From NCBI GenBank assembly GCA_035457485.1, contig DATIBO010000006.1, forward strand, positions 690,659-754,658: a stretch of DNA of 64,000 nt, read 5' to 3'. Under the pieces are notes generated by a model. The model saw nothing but the letters and a program-made list of their open reading frames with translations, was not told the DNA's origin and made no database searches. Source of the DNA: Candidatus Saccharimonadales bacterium. Its GTDB lineage: Bacteria; Patescibacteriota; Saccharimonadia; Saccharimonadales; EFPC-124. The first letter of the stretch is position 1; every line of letters starts with the position of its first letter. Shown here one piece after another: positions 1-8,371 of the stretch. Position numbers and translations under genes: made by a program.

Positions 1-51
1 ATGGGAATGCACAAAATTGATATTGCCGAGCTTGAAGCAGCTGTTAGGTAA
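1..51 (+). CDS. 3' end of an upstream gene cut by the window edge (..MGMHKIDIAELEAAVR*); product unknown
   Basis: Frame 1 is open from base 1 to TAA at 49-51. Too short to classify. Confidence 0.2.
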   Translation: MGMHKIDIAELEAAVR

Positions 52-83
52 TAAGTTCTTGGGTTTGTTTCCCTGTAATAAAT

Positions 84-902
84 CTATCGCAGTCTCGCGG
101 CCGCTTCAGGAACTAAATCAATAAGTTCCGCAAGAATAAGTCCTTGGTCGCCATGTAGCTTGCTCCAAAGCTCACCCGCCTGGCTATGCAAAGCAACTCC
201 TAATTGCGCGCACTCGAACAAATCGAGCTGCTTAGGGTAGAACTGAGCAACCAGGCCGGCAATTAAACCCGACAAAACATCGCCGCTTCCGGCAGTAGCT
301 AAGGCCGGGTTGGGTTTATCAAGTTGCCAAGTTTGCTCGCCGCTGCAAACAGTTGTAGTAGAATTTTTAACCACAAACACTACACCGAGCTTTTGCGCAA
401 GCTTAGCTGCCCGAGACTGCACACTTGTATTAGTATCGATTCCAAACGTCTTAGTCAAACGTTCAAATTCGCCAATGTGCGGGGTTAGAATTGCGTCGGT
501 TTTAGCCGGCCACCCTTCGGGATTTTCGGCAATAATACTAAGTGCGTCGGCGTCAATCACCATAGGCACATTTTTGCTTAGCAAATTCTGAAGTAAAGTG
601 CGCTGAGTTTTTTCGCGCCCCAAGCAAGGACCAACCAAAAAGCATTGCGCTTTAGGATGAGATTGTTCGCTCATCGATTCGCCAACTGCTTGAGGTAGCA
701 TTTCGATCGCCACTGGCAGTATATTCTGCGGCATTACAAGCGTGACTTTACCAGCACCGGCTTTAAGCGCGGCAGTCGCAGCTAAAACTGTTCCGCCAAA
801 CATCACGCTCTGATCAGTTTTGTAACCCCCAAAAACAGCAACCGTTCCAAAGGTGCCTTTGTGGCCAATCGGCGATCTTTGAGGGAGTTTAGAGAGATTC
901 AT
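84..902 (-). CDS. nnrD: ADP/ATP-dependent NAD(P)H-hydrate dehydratase (YjeF C-terminal, carbohydrate-kinase fold)
   Basis: 272-aa ORF with motifs GHKGTFGTVAVFGG, TPHIGEFERL and ATAGSGDVLSGLIAG (GxGD nucleotide-binding signature). Confidence 0.75.
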   Translation of the reverse strand: MNLSKLPQRSPIGHKGTFGTVAVFGGYKTDQSVMFGGTVLAATAALKAGAGKVTLVMPQNILPVAIEMLPQAVGESMSEQSHPKAQCFLVGPCLGREKTQRTLLQNLLSKNVPMVIDADALSIIAENPEGWPAKTDAILTPHIGEFERLTKTFGIDTNTSVQSRAAKLAQKLGVVFVVKNSTTTVCSGEQTWQLDKPNPALATAGSGDVLSGLIAGLVAQFYPKQLDLFECAQLGVALHSQAGELWSKLHGDQGLILAELIDLVPEAAARLR

Positions 903-917
903 AACTAGCTACGATGG

Positions 918-1103
918 CTATTTTATTTTGCTAAAGCCAATAGTGCCAGTAACCTGAAGTACGAGGCCAAGTGTAAGCCAGAAAGCTTGCCAACCTTGAG
1001 ATTCGTTCTGTATTACCCCCATGATGATCAAGTAGATACCAACCCCGATCAGCACAACATTAACTACTTTTAATCCTAAATTGGACGATTGGTTTTTTGC
1101 CAT
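918..1103 (-). CDS. small two-TM membrane protein, unknown function
   Basis: 61-aa ORF with two hydrophobic helices. Co-directional with its neighbours. Confidence 0.4.
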   Translation of the reverse strand: MAKNQSSNLGLKVVNVVLIGVGIYLIIMGVIQNESQGWQAFWLTLGLVLQVTGTIGFSKIK

Positions 1104-1168
1104 ATTTCCTTCTTTTTTACTGCTTATGGTTAGTATAGCAAAAGTATTTAGTGTAGTTAATAAGCAAT

Positions 1169-2446
1169 CTACTGCGCCTTGGCTGGATCTTCTCCGCGAC
1201 TAATTTGGTCTGCTATTTTTGCCTCACCTTTTTTAGCAGATTTACGCGCTAATATTGCAAACGGAACCGCTAACGCAATAATTCCGCCGGCAAGTATGTA
1301 TGAAGTAGAGTAACTCCAAATATCTGCGGCTTTACCAAGCAATGGTTGAGCTACAACGCCACCGCCAGAGCCCAATAAAGAGTCGAAAGACAAAACCGTG
1401 GCACGCTGCTTTGACGGAATAAGGCCATTTATGTAGGCTTGGCGCGCAGGAATGGTGGAGGCAAACGCGAGCCCCCATAAAACAACTAGGCCAATTGCTG
1501 CCCAAAAATTGGTTATTAGGCCGATTAAAACCAAGACCACGGCACTTAGAGTAATTCCTGTCACTAAAATTGTTGTTCGCCGGCTAAAAAACCGCCATAA
1601 CTGAGTTGCAAGCAACCCGCCAGCAATTTGAGCACCGGCTAAAATTGCTGCTGCGAGCCCGGCGATTGCATACGCCTCTTGGTCACCCCATAGCTCTAAC
1701 AGATACGGCTGCAATGCATAAAAGCCGTAGATAGACACACCCATTACAAACGGAGCAGTTAACATTACCCAGCGAACTTGAGGAACCTTTATTCCATATT
1801 TAATAGAATCGTTTAGGATCCTTTTAACTTCTTTAAGAGGGCGTTCACTTTTAACAGGCTTGAATCCCAAATCGCGCATTAACATTAGGGCCAGAACAAA
1901 GGTAACTGCCAAGATTAACGCACGCAGAACGTATGGTACCCCTAAGTTGCTGAGCTGAGCAATTAGGCCTCCACCGAATGAACCAAGCAGCATCGCTATT
2001 CCAGTTACAATTTGACCCTTGGCAAAAATCGTATCTACCTTACCTCTAAAATCGGTTGCATTTAAAGCGTCAACCAACCAAGCCTCTACGGCGCCCGAAA
2101 AAAAGGTAAAACCTAAGCCTAAAAATACTGAAACGGCAGCCCATGCCCAAAACGGTGCTGCAATTTGCCATAGCCAAACATACAAAAGCGTTGAAACTAC
2201 TAGAGTTGCTGAACCAAGTAAAAACGAGAGACGTCTGCCTTTGAGGTCGGCAATTACTCCAGTTGGGACTTCGAATAGTACCATTCCGACAGTGAAAAAT
2301 GCATTAGCCGCGAAAGCCTCAAAATTAGAAAGTCCAGCGTCTAACAAAAATAGCGTATTAACACCCCAGATCAACGAAGCTGCCAAGGTGTTACAGAATA
2401 AAAGAGTTAAAAATGTTCGTTGTACAGCAAGAGATTGGGGATTCAT
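1169..2446 (-). CDS. MFS-family transporter
   Basis: About 12 predicted TM helices and a GVIADLKGRR loop motif typical of MFS. The ORF extends to 2512, but I prefer the ATG at 2446 (MNPQSL..) because it leaves room for divergent promoters with the gene at 2535. Confidence 0.7.
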   Translation of the reverse strand: MNPQSLAVQRTFLTLLFCNTLAASLIWGVNTLFLLDAGLSNFEAFAANAFFTVGMVLFEVPTGVIADLKGRRLSFLLGSATLVVSTLLYVWLWQIAAPFWAWAAVSVFLGLGFTFFSGAVEAWLVDALNATDFRGKVDTIFAKGQIVTGIAMLLGSFGGGLIAQLSNLGVPYVLRALILAVTFVLALMLMRDLGFKPVKSERPLKEVKRILNDSIKYGIKVPQVRWVMLTAPFVMGVSIYGFYALQPYLLELWGDQEAYAIAGLAAAILAGAQIAGGLLATQLWRFFSRRTTILVTGITLSAVVLVLIGLITNFWAAIGLVVLWGLAFASTIPARQAYINGLIPSKQRATVLSFDSLLGSGGGVVAQPLLGKAADIWSYSTSYILAGGIIALAVPFAILARKSAKKGEAKIADQISRGEDPAKAQ

Positions 2447-2534
2447 AAGGTTTATTGTAACATTCGACAGATCATTTATTTGTGATGTTCGGGAATTATA
2501 GCAGCAAAACACAAGTCTAAGATATAATTAGCAC

Positions 2535-3071
2535 ATGCACCAAAGAGCTATTATTTTCCACGGAACTGGCGGCCGCCCCGATGTTTGCTGGTACCCATGG
2601 TTAGCCGAACAACTCACGGCAAACGGCTACGAAGTTGAAGTTCCGTTTTACCCCGAGATTAATCAAGAATCTATAGAAACCTTTGCCCCAAAAGTTTTGG
2701 CCAAACACACAATCAACGAAAGTACAGTTTTGATTGGTCACTCCGGTGGAGCGCCGCTTATTTTAAGCCTCCTTGAGCGTATAGAGTCTCCGGTTAAACA
2801 AGCTATTTTAGTGGCAGGCTATTCCACGCCGCCAAATGCAAACCCAGAGCCTGTTCTGCAAAAAACTTACAACTGGAATAAAATTAAGCAAAATTCTAAA
2901 CAGTTTTACTTTATAAATTCTATTGACGATCCGTACGGCTGCGATGACAAACAAGGAAGGGTGCTTTTTGACAAGCTGGGTGGCAGGCTAATTATCTGCG
3001 ACGAAGGACACTTTGGCTCGCCGGACCAAGAATACAACGATTTTCTTCTATTAAAGCAGCTAATTGTTTAA
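2535..3071 (+). CDS. YdeN/RBBP9-type serine hydrolase (alpha/beta fold)
   Basis: 178 aa. Nucleophile elbow GHSGG, later D and H (DEGHFG). Size and layout match the small Ser_hydrolase family. Confidence 0.6.
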   Translation: MHQRAIIFHGTGGRPDVCWYPWLAEQLTANGYEVEVPFYPEINQESIETFAPKVLAKHTINESTVLIGHSGGAPLILSLLERIESPVKQAILVAGYSTPPNANPEPVLQKTYNWNKIKQNSKQFYFINSIDDPYGCDDKQGRVLFDKLGGRLIICDEGHFGSPDQEYNDFLLLKQLIV

Positions 3072-3084
3072 AGAGACTAGTCTG

Positions 3085-3939
3085 CTATAGCCCCGAAACT
3101 GAATACAGCAAAATTACAGTAATTACGGCTCCCGTAAGCATATTGAGCCAAATGAATCTACGCCAACCACGATTAGCCGATTCGGAGCTTTTATCACTTA
3201 GATTCACAAACGGCAACGCGTTAAATAAATAAATTAAGCTAACCAAGCCTACGACTATAGCAAGTCCGCCTTGAATAATTGTTAAAAAGGCGGCAAGTGC
3301 GTAAAAAGCCACAACCAGCCTTACTGTGTTTTTTGCACCAAAGACGGTTGCGATTGAGGCGATTTTAGCTTGCCTGTCCGGCAAAATATCTTGGACTGCC
3401 CCAAAAGCATGACTGGCTACACCCCACAAAAAGAAGGCGATTATAAATGGCAAGAACTCCGTAAAGTCACCTACTAAGATTGCGGCGTACACCAGCGGGC
3501 CAACAAAATGTATGCTCGAGGTAATCGAGTCCAGAATAGGTCTTTCTTTAAAACGTAGGCCCGGTACGCTATAGGCTATGACAAAAAATAGCAAAACTAC
3601 CAGAGTAAAATTGGAAAGTAAGTCGCCCATAAAAAATAACGCCAGAATAAAAGGTAAGTTGGATGCAATAGCGACCCAAAACACAGTTTTATGAAGCTTT
3701 TTGTTTAAAATTGCGCCTTCTATGCCGCCTTTTCGGGGGTTGCGGATGTCGGACTCATAATCAAAAATGTCGTTTAGTCCATACATTAATAGATTGTATG
3801 GAACCAAAAAGTATAATGTGACAATTACTAGTAGCCAGTTAAATCCTCCAGTTGCAAATAAGTAGCCGGCAAAAAATGGGTAGGCCGTGTTTACCCAAGA
3901 GATCGGTCGCGATGAGAGTATTATTTGTTTTAGGTTCAT
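3085..3939 (-). CDS. crtEb: UbiA-superfamily prenyltransferase, lycopene-elongase-like (CrtEb/LyeJ type)
   Basis: 284 aa, polytopic. Asp-rich motif NDIFDYESD. Last gene of the crt operon, with a 4-nt overlap with the upstream cyclase subunit. Confidence 0.6.
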   Translation of the reverse strand: MNLKQIILSSRPISWVNTAYPFFAGYLFATGGFNWLLVIVTLYFLVPYNLLMYGLNDIFDYESDIRNPRKGGIEGAILNKKLHKTVFWVAIASNLPFILALFFMGDLLSNFTLVVLLFFVIAYSVPGLRFKERPILDSITSSIHFVGPLVYAAILVGDFTEFLPFIIAFFLWGVASHAFGAVQDILPDRQAKIASIATVFGAKNTVRLVVAFYALAAFLTIIQGGLAIVVGLVSLIYLFNALPFVNLSDKSSESANRGWRRFIWLNMLTGAVITVILLYSVSGL

Positions 3940-4232
3940 ATTTTAAATTTAACCTCTAAAATTTTCCATGTACAGACTACAAAGAACAGGGCAAAGATCG
4001 TGTAACTAAAGTCTTCGAGTGGCGCTAATCCGATAAACACACCTAAGATTTTACTAATATCATAATTCACAATGTTTGCGTAAATTATTAAGCTGTCAAA
4101 GATTATTGTTAGCAAAAGTAGTACGACAAGTGCGACGAGGACCACCTTCCAATTTATCAGTTTGCGAGTATAAAAAACTAGTACTGCCAACGTCAGTAAA
4201 AAGGGAAGACATATTATTAAGTACGTTGCCAT
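3936..4232 (-). CDS. lycopene cyclase domain protein, small subunit (CrtYf/CrtYd-like)
   Basis: 98 aa, 3 TM helices, PLEDFSY-type motif. Paired with a second ~100-aa subunit, as in heterodimeric carotenoid cyclases. Confidence 0.6.
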   Translation of the reverse strand: MATYLIICLPFLLTLAVLVFYTRKLINWKVVLVALVVLLLLTIIFDSLIIYANIVNYDISKILGVFIGLAPLEDFSYTIFALFFVVCTWKILEVKFKI

Positions 4233-4531
4233 TTTTGCTCCAAAAATCTATAACTAACTAGCGATATGTAAGATAGATTTATTAAAAACAGAACTTCTTC
4301 GACAGGGAAGTGTGGAAGCAAAAATATACCAGTTGTAAACCATGATGGCCCTTCAAAAAATATGCCGAGTTTTATTCCTAAAATGTCCCAAACTGCAAGT
4401 AGTAGTACACTTAACAGAATTACGATTGCAGTGCGTCTGGGGTTGTTAAAAAAGGCCAGTTTTAATCTATAATCTATCAACAAAAAATTAACTAAAACTA
4501 TGCTTAACGTCAAAAGGTAGATAAATCTCAC
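4217..4531 (-). CDS. lycopene cyclase domain protein, small subunit (CrtYe/CrtYc-like)
   Basis: 104 aa, 3 TM helices, FPVEEVLF motif (the PxE(E/D) motif of lycopene cyclase domains). Overlaps the crtI stop by 4 nt. Confidence 0.6.
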   Translation of the reverse strand: MRFIYLLTLSIVLVNFLLIDYRLKLAFFNNPRRTAIVILLSVLLLAVWDILGIKLGIFFEGPSWFTTGIFLLPHFPVEEVLFLINLSYISLVSYRFLEQKWQRT

Positions 4532-6006
4532 GCAAACTCCTTAGCAATTCGATCTGCCACGAGCTCAGCGCTGATTAAGCACATTGGCAAACCGATACCA
4601 GGCAAAGTGCCGCCACCAACATAAAACAAATTGTTGAGCTTCTTGCTTTTTATACTTGGCCTAAAAATTGCGCTTTGTCCTAAAGTGTGGGCCATACCCA
4701 GAGCAGTACCGTTCCAAGCGTTGAATTTTGCAGCAAAATCGCCCGGACCGAATAGTCTTTTAAATACAATTCTTTTTTTAAAATCGGGAACGTCAACTAC
4801 TTTAGCGATTTTGCCTAGGTATATGTCGGCGAATTTTTCAATGTTTTCGTTGCTCGCTTTGGCAGGCAGTGGTACGAGAACAAAAACGTTCTCGTGATTT
4901 TTTGGCGCCAGCGATCTGTCGGTTTGAGTTGGTTTGCAAATGTACATAGAGGCATTTTTTGGCCACGTTTTTTGATTAAAAATATGATCGAAGTTTTGAC
5001 GCCATTCGTTTGTAAAAAACAAGTTATGGTGCTGTAATTGTGGCAAGTCTCCTTTTACGCCCAAGTACATCAGCAGCGCAGAAGGGCCGGCCTCGCGGTT
5101 CTGCCAATAACTTTCAGGGTAACTTTGGGAGTTTTTAGGCAAAGCGACTGTTTCGGTAAAATGAAGGTCAGCATTGCTAACAACTAGGTCGGCGTTAAAA
5201 ATTTTGCCATTTTTAAGCCTTACGCCAATGGCCATTTTGTCCTCGACAATTATTTCAGAGATTGGCGAATTGTAATTTAACTTCGCCCCGTTTTGCAAAG
5301 CAAGTCGTTCGATCGCTGCTATTAGCGAATAAATTCCGTTTTTTGGGTAAAAAACACCTTGTTTAAAATCTAAGTAGCTCATTAAGCTGTAGATTGCCGG
5401 AGCTTTAAATGGGGAAGTCCCCAGAAAAACCATTGGATATTCCAAGATTTGTTGCAAGGGCTGGCTATTAACAAATTTCGACGCGTAGTCGTTTAAAGTC
5501 GTGGTCGCCAAATAAGCTAATCTGTGTGCATTTTTTAGGATCGTAGGGTGTGCGAGCGTCTTCTTATCTGTAAAGTCATTGTACAAAAAATGTTGTAGCG
5601 CTATTTTGTATGTTTGTTCGGCAGACTGAACGTAGTTCTCAAGGCTCGCACCCGCTCCTTGTTCAACGCCTTCAAACATTTCGCTGTCCTGTTTTAAATC
5701 GCCGGTAACCGTAAGTGGTGCATTGTTTTCGTAAAAGACCTTATAAGCCGGAGTCAGGCGTTGCAAATTTAAAAGTTCATCAGCCGAGTGACCAAAAAAA
5801 CTAAAATAACGCTCAAAAACTTCCGGCATTAAATACCACGACGGCCCAGTGTCGAATGTAAAACCTTTTTCCTTAAGCAAGCCTGCACGGCCACCTGCAC
5901 GATCCAGAGCTTCAAAAACTTCAATCTCATAACCCCTTTTGGCTAGCAAGGCGGCCAAACCCAAACCGCCAATTCCGGCACCGATTATTATAATTTTTTT
6001 AGACAC
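4528..6006 (-). CDS. crtI: phytoene desaturase
   Basis: 492 aa. N-terminal FAD fold IIIIGAGIGGLGLAALLAKRGYEIEVFEALDRAGGRAG, C-terminal GGGTLPGIGLP. Confidence 0.85.
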   Translation of the reverse strand: MSKKIIIIGAGIGGLGLAALLAKRGYEIEVFEALDRAGGRAGLLKEKGFTFDTGPSWYLMPEVFERYFSFFGHSADELLNLQRLTPAYKVFYENNAPLTVTGDLKQDSEMFEGVEQGAGASLENYVQSAEQTYKIALQHFLYNDFTDKKTLAHPTILKNAHRLAYLATTTLNDYASKFVNSQPLQQILEYPMVFLGTSPFKAPAIYSLMSYLDFKQGVFYPKNGIYSLIAAIERLALQNGAKLNYNSPISEIIVEDKMAIGVRLKNGKIFNADLVVSNADLHFTETVALPKNSQSYPESYWQNREAGPSALLMYLGVKGDLPQLQHHNLFFTNEWRQNFDHIFNQKTWPKNASMYICKPTQTDRSLAPKNHENVFVLVPLPAKASNENIEKFADIYLGKIAKVVDVPDFKKRIVFKRLFGPGDFAAKFNAWNGTALGMAHTLGQSAIFRPSIKSKKLNNLFYVGGGTLPGIGLPMCLISAELVADRIAKEFA

Positions 6007-6835
6007 GCCTGAAGTTTTCTTTAACCATTGTTGTTACAAGTAGTGAAATCTTGCTGTGATCGGGAATTCTAATTCGCTCACTTAACAGTTTTTCGACCGG
6101 GCTAGATTCAATCTTATTCAATAAAGCTAAATAATAATTATAGGCTGTCATGACCGCTGGTCTCACTTTGCGTGGCAATTTAAGCAGACCTATGTGTGCA
6201 TTTTTAAAATCTTTTTTAATATCGGCAATTATCTGATCCTTTTGTTCTTCAGTAATTCTACTCAAATTCACCCCGGGGAAATAAGACCGATGCAGCTCAC
6301 TGACGTCCTGTTTAATGTCGCGTAAAAAATTAACCTTTTGAAATGCCGCACCTAAACTTTGTGCGTATGGCAAAAGTTCGTAATAGTGTTTATCGTCGCC
6401 ATTGCAAAAAACTCGCAAACACATTAAACCGACAACCTCGGCCGAGCCGTGAATATATTTTTGATACTGAGTTTTAGAATAAGCGCCAGTTTTATCTACA
6501 TCCATACGCATACTGGCAAAAAATGGCTCGACAATTTGCTTGTCTATACCAAACTTTTTGGCAGATAGAGCAAATGAGTTAACAATTAAATTGGGGCTGT
6601 ATTGGCGAGTTGTCGATATATATGTCTCATGCTCGAGATCGTTTAAAAGTTCGAGCATATCGGCGCCACGATATGTATCGACAATTTCGTCGGCCAGTCT
6701 AACGAGCCCATAAATATTGTATATATGCCGGCGCATTGCTCTTGGTAAAAGCTTAATTGCAATTCCAAATGAAGTTGAATACGCTTTGGTTAAAGCCTGG
6801 CTGGCGGACTGACTAACACTGTTATAAGTATCCAC
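5999..6835 (-). CDS. crtB: phytoene synthase (squalene/phytoene synthase family)
   Basis: 278 aa, GTG start. YSTSFGIAIKLLP.., Asp-rich LADEIVD and FLRDIKQD motifs. 8-nt overlap with crtI. Confidence 0.85.
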   Translation of the reverse strand: MDTYNSVSQSASQALTKAYSTSFGIAIKLLPRAMRRHIYNIYGLVRLADEIVDTYRGADMLELLNDLEHETYISTTRQYSPNLIVNSFALSAKKFGIDKQIVEPFFASMRMDVDKTGAYSKTQYQKYIHGSAEVVGLMCLRVFCNGDDKHYYELLPYAQSLGAAFQKVNFLRDIKQDVSELHRSYFPGVNLSRITEEQKDQIIADIKKDFKNAHIGLLKLPRKVRPAVMTAYNYYLALLNKIESSPVEKLLSERIRIPDHSKISLLVTTMVKENFRRV

Positions 6836-6873
6836 AAAAAAACAATCCTAAGTTTGTTAGCATTGTTAAAATT

Positions 6874-6902
6874 ATATTATCTAAGTGCAGTTTTGCCTAC
6901 AA
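6874..6902 (-). promoter_or_regulatory. candidate sigma-70-type promoter of the crt operon
   Basis: The minus strand reads TTGTAG-17 nt-TAATAT, about 40 nt upstream of the crtB GTG. Pattern match only. Confidence 0.3.
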
Positions 6903-6972
6903 GTTGCTGTACTTTTTAATACCAACAAGCACGGGCACAAAATAGCGCGACGGTAGCGGAAAAACTTGGCGA

Positions 6973-7197
6973 TTATCGCACCCCGATACAATAATCGCTT
7001 TCTCCTTCGCGGCCCCCGCTGCGATCTGACAAAGCCTTGATTATCTGCCGGGCCGGTTCGGTTAAATAGTCAAACCAGCAAGTAGCGTAAAATGACTGTT
7101 CTTTATCTGATATGCGTAACTGGTCGGTTTTATAAAGGTCGGTTTTTGAGGCAGCATTGCGTTGGCGCAGGTCGTAAACTCCTAGGTCAAAAAACAC
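6973..7197 (-). CDS. hypothetical 74-aa protein (possibly a gene remnant)
   Basis: ORF only. No recognisable motif and no clear SD. Confidence 0.2.
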   Translation of the reverse strand: MFFDLGVYDLRQRNAASKTDLYKTDQLRISDKEQSFYATCWFDYLTEPARQIIKALSDRSGGREGESDYCIGVR

Positions 7198-7232
7198 ATT
7201 CTTGTCTTTTTTTATACCAACCTCGGTCGCAA

Positions 7233-7787
7233 TTAAGGTGTCTTTTTTAATAAAAGGCGCTCGTTCACATTGAACGTCCTACTATCATCAACCTGGGGCT
7301 CAGGCAGTTGATTTGCGTAGGTCACAAATTGTGGCGTTAACGTAGCTAGGTGATCAAACCTAAACATAACTCCACATGAGTCGATGAAATCAAACAAATA
7401 CTGCACTTCGCCGTCTTGAATGTATCGAGAGGCTCGATACAAATATCCATCGCGAACCGTATGCACATCTAACTGATTATCCGTGGCGTTGCCCACGGCA
7501 AGGCCTCCATGCGGTTTAAAATCGCCGCCGCGCACTTGTCCCGGCAATAAAACGGAGTCGACCTTATTCGGATCAACTGGCGAGTTTAAAGTGAGCGGTT
7601 CCTCACAAGCTGGCGGATTGCCCGAAGCTTGCCAGTTTTCGCCACCAAAACTCCATTCGACGTAACCCTTTGAATCTGGACTCAAAACATTATTTTTGCT
7701 CAAAATCCACCAAGCTCCAGCACCGATAAGAACAAAAATAACTACAATAATCAAAATCTCAATCAAAGCAAAACCGCGTTGTTCCAT
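7233..7787 (-). CDS. prepilin-type N-terminal cleavage/methylation domain protein (type IV pilin-like)
   Basis: N-terminus MEQRG|FALIEILIIVVIFVLIG is a class III signal (G-F-x-L-I-E) followed by a hydrophobic helix. Confidence 0.75.
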   Translation of the reverse strand: MEQRGFALIEILIIVVIFVLIGAGAWWILSKNNVLSPDSKGYVEWSFGGENWQASGNPPACEEPLTLNSPVDPNKVDSVLLPGQVRGGDFKPHGGLAVGNATDNQLDVHTVRDGYLYRASRYIQDGEVQYLFDFIDSCGVMFRFDHLATLTPQFVTYANQLPEPQVDDSRTFNVNERLLLKKTP

Positions 7788-7853
7788 AACTTTAATCTTA
7801 CAAGCTTTATAAAATCATAACAATAAGGCTTATGCCTTGGGTTTGACGTTACC

Positions 7854-8321
7854 CTAGTTTAAAAGAGCAACTGCAATGTTTAATAAAGTTGCAAAACTAA
7901 CCCATAGAACATATGGGAATAGCATGTAAGCTGCCGACTTGCTAATTGGCCAAAATACATAAATATTACCGATGATCGCGGCAAGAAGCAAAATAATGAC
8001 TACTACACCTGCCCAGGGTGCTTGCAATCCAAAGAACACCAACGACCACAGAACGTTAAGCGCAAGTTGAAACCCAAAAATAATAAAGGCTAATTTTTTT
8101 GGTTTTTTGTACGGTGCGGTCCATACAAGATACAAGCTCAACCCCATCAGTAAATACAAAATTGTCCATACAGGAGCAAAAAGCCAGTTAGGTGGACTAA
8201 AAAAAGGTTTGGCGAGCGTGGCATACCAAGTAGGAATGTTGGCCGACGTAGCCACACTGCCGATCGCTGCGGCAGAGAAGGTAATCAATACTGACGCGAC
8301 AAACTTAGTAAGCTTAATCAT
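7854..8321 (-). CDS. tspO: TspO/MBR tryptophan-rich sensory protein (CrtK homologue)
   Basis: Five TM helices. WYATLAKPFFSPPNWLFAPVWTILYLLMG is the family signature. The ORF runs to 8354, but the ATG at 8321 gives the usual ~155 aa. Confidence 0.8.
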   Translation of the reverse strand: MIKLTKFVASVLITFSAAAIGSVATSANIPTWYATLAKPFFSPPNWLFAPVWTILYLLMGLSLYLVWTAPYKKPKKLAFIIFGFQLALNVLWSLVFFGLQAPWAGVVVIILLLAAIIGNIYVFWPISKSAAYMLFPYVLWVSFATLLNIAVALLN

Positions 8322-8371
8322 AACAAAATTATAGCATGCGACTCCGCTAGACAATAAACCTAGGGGTTGTT

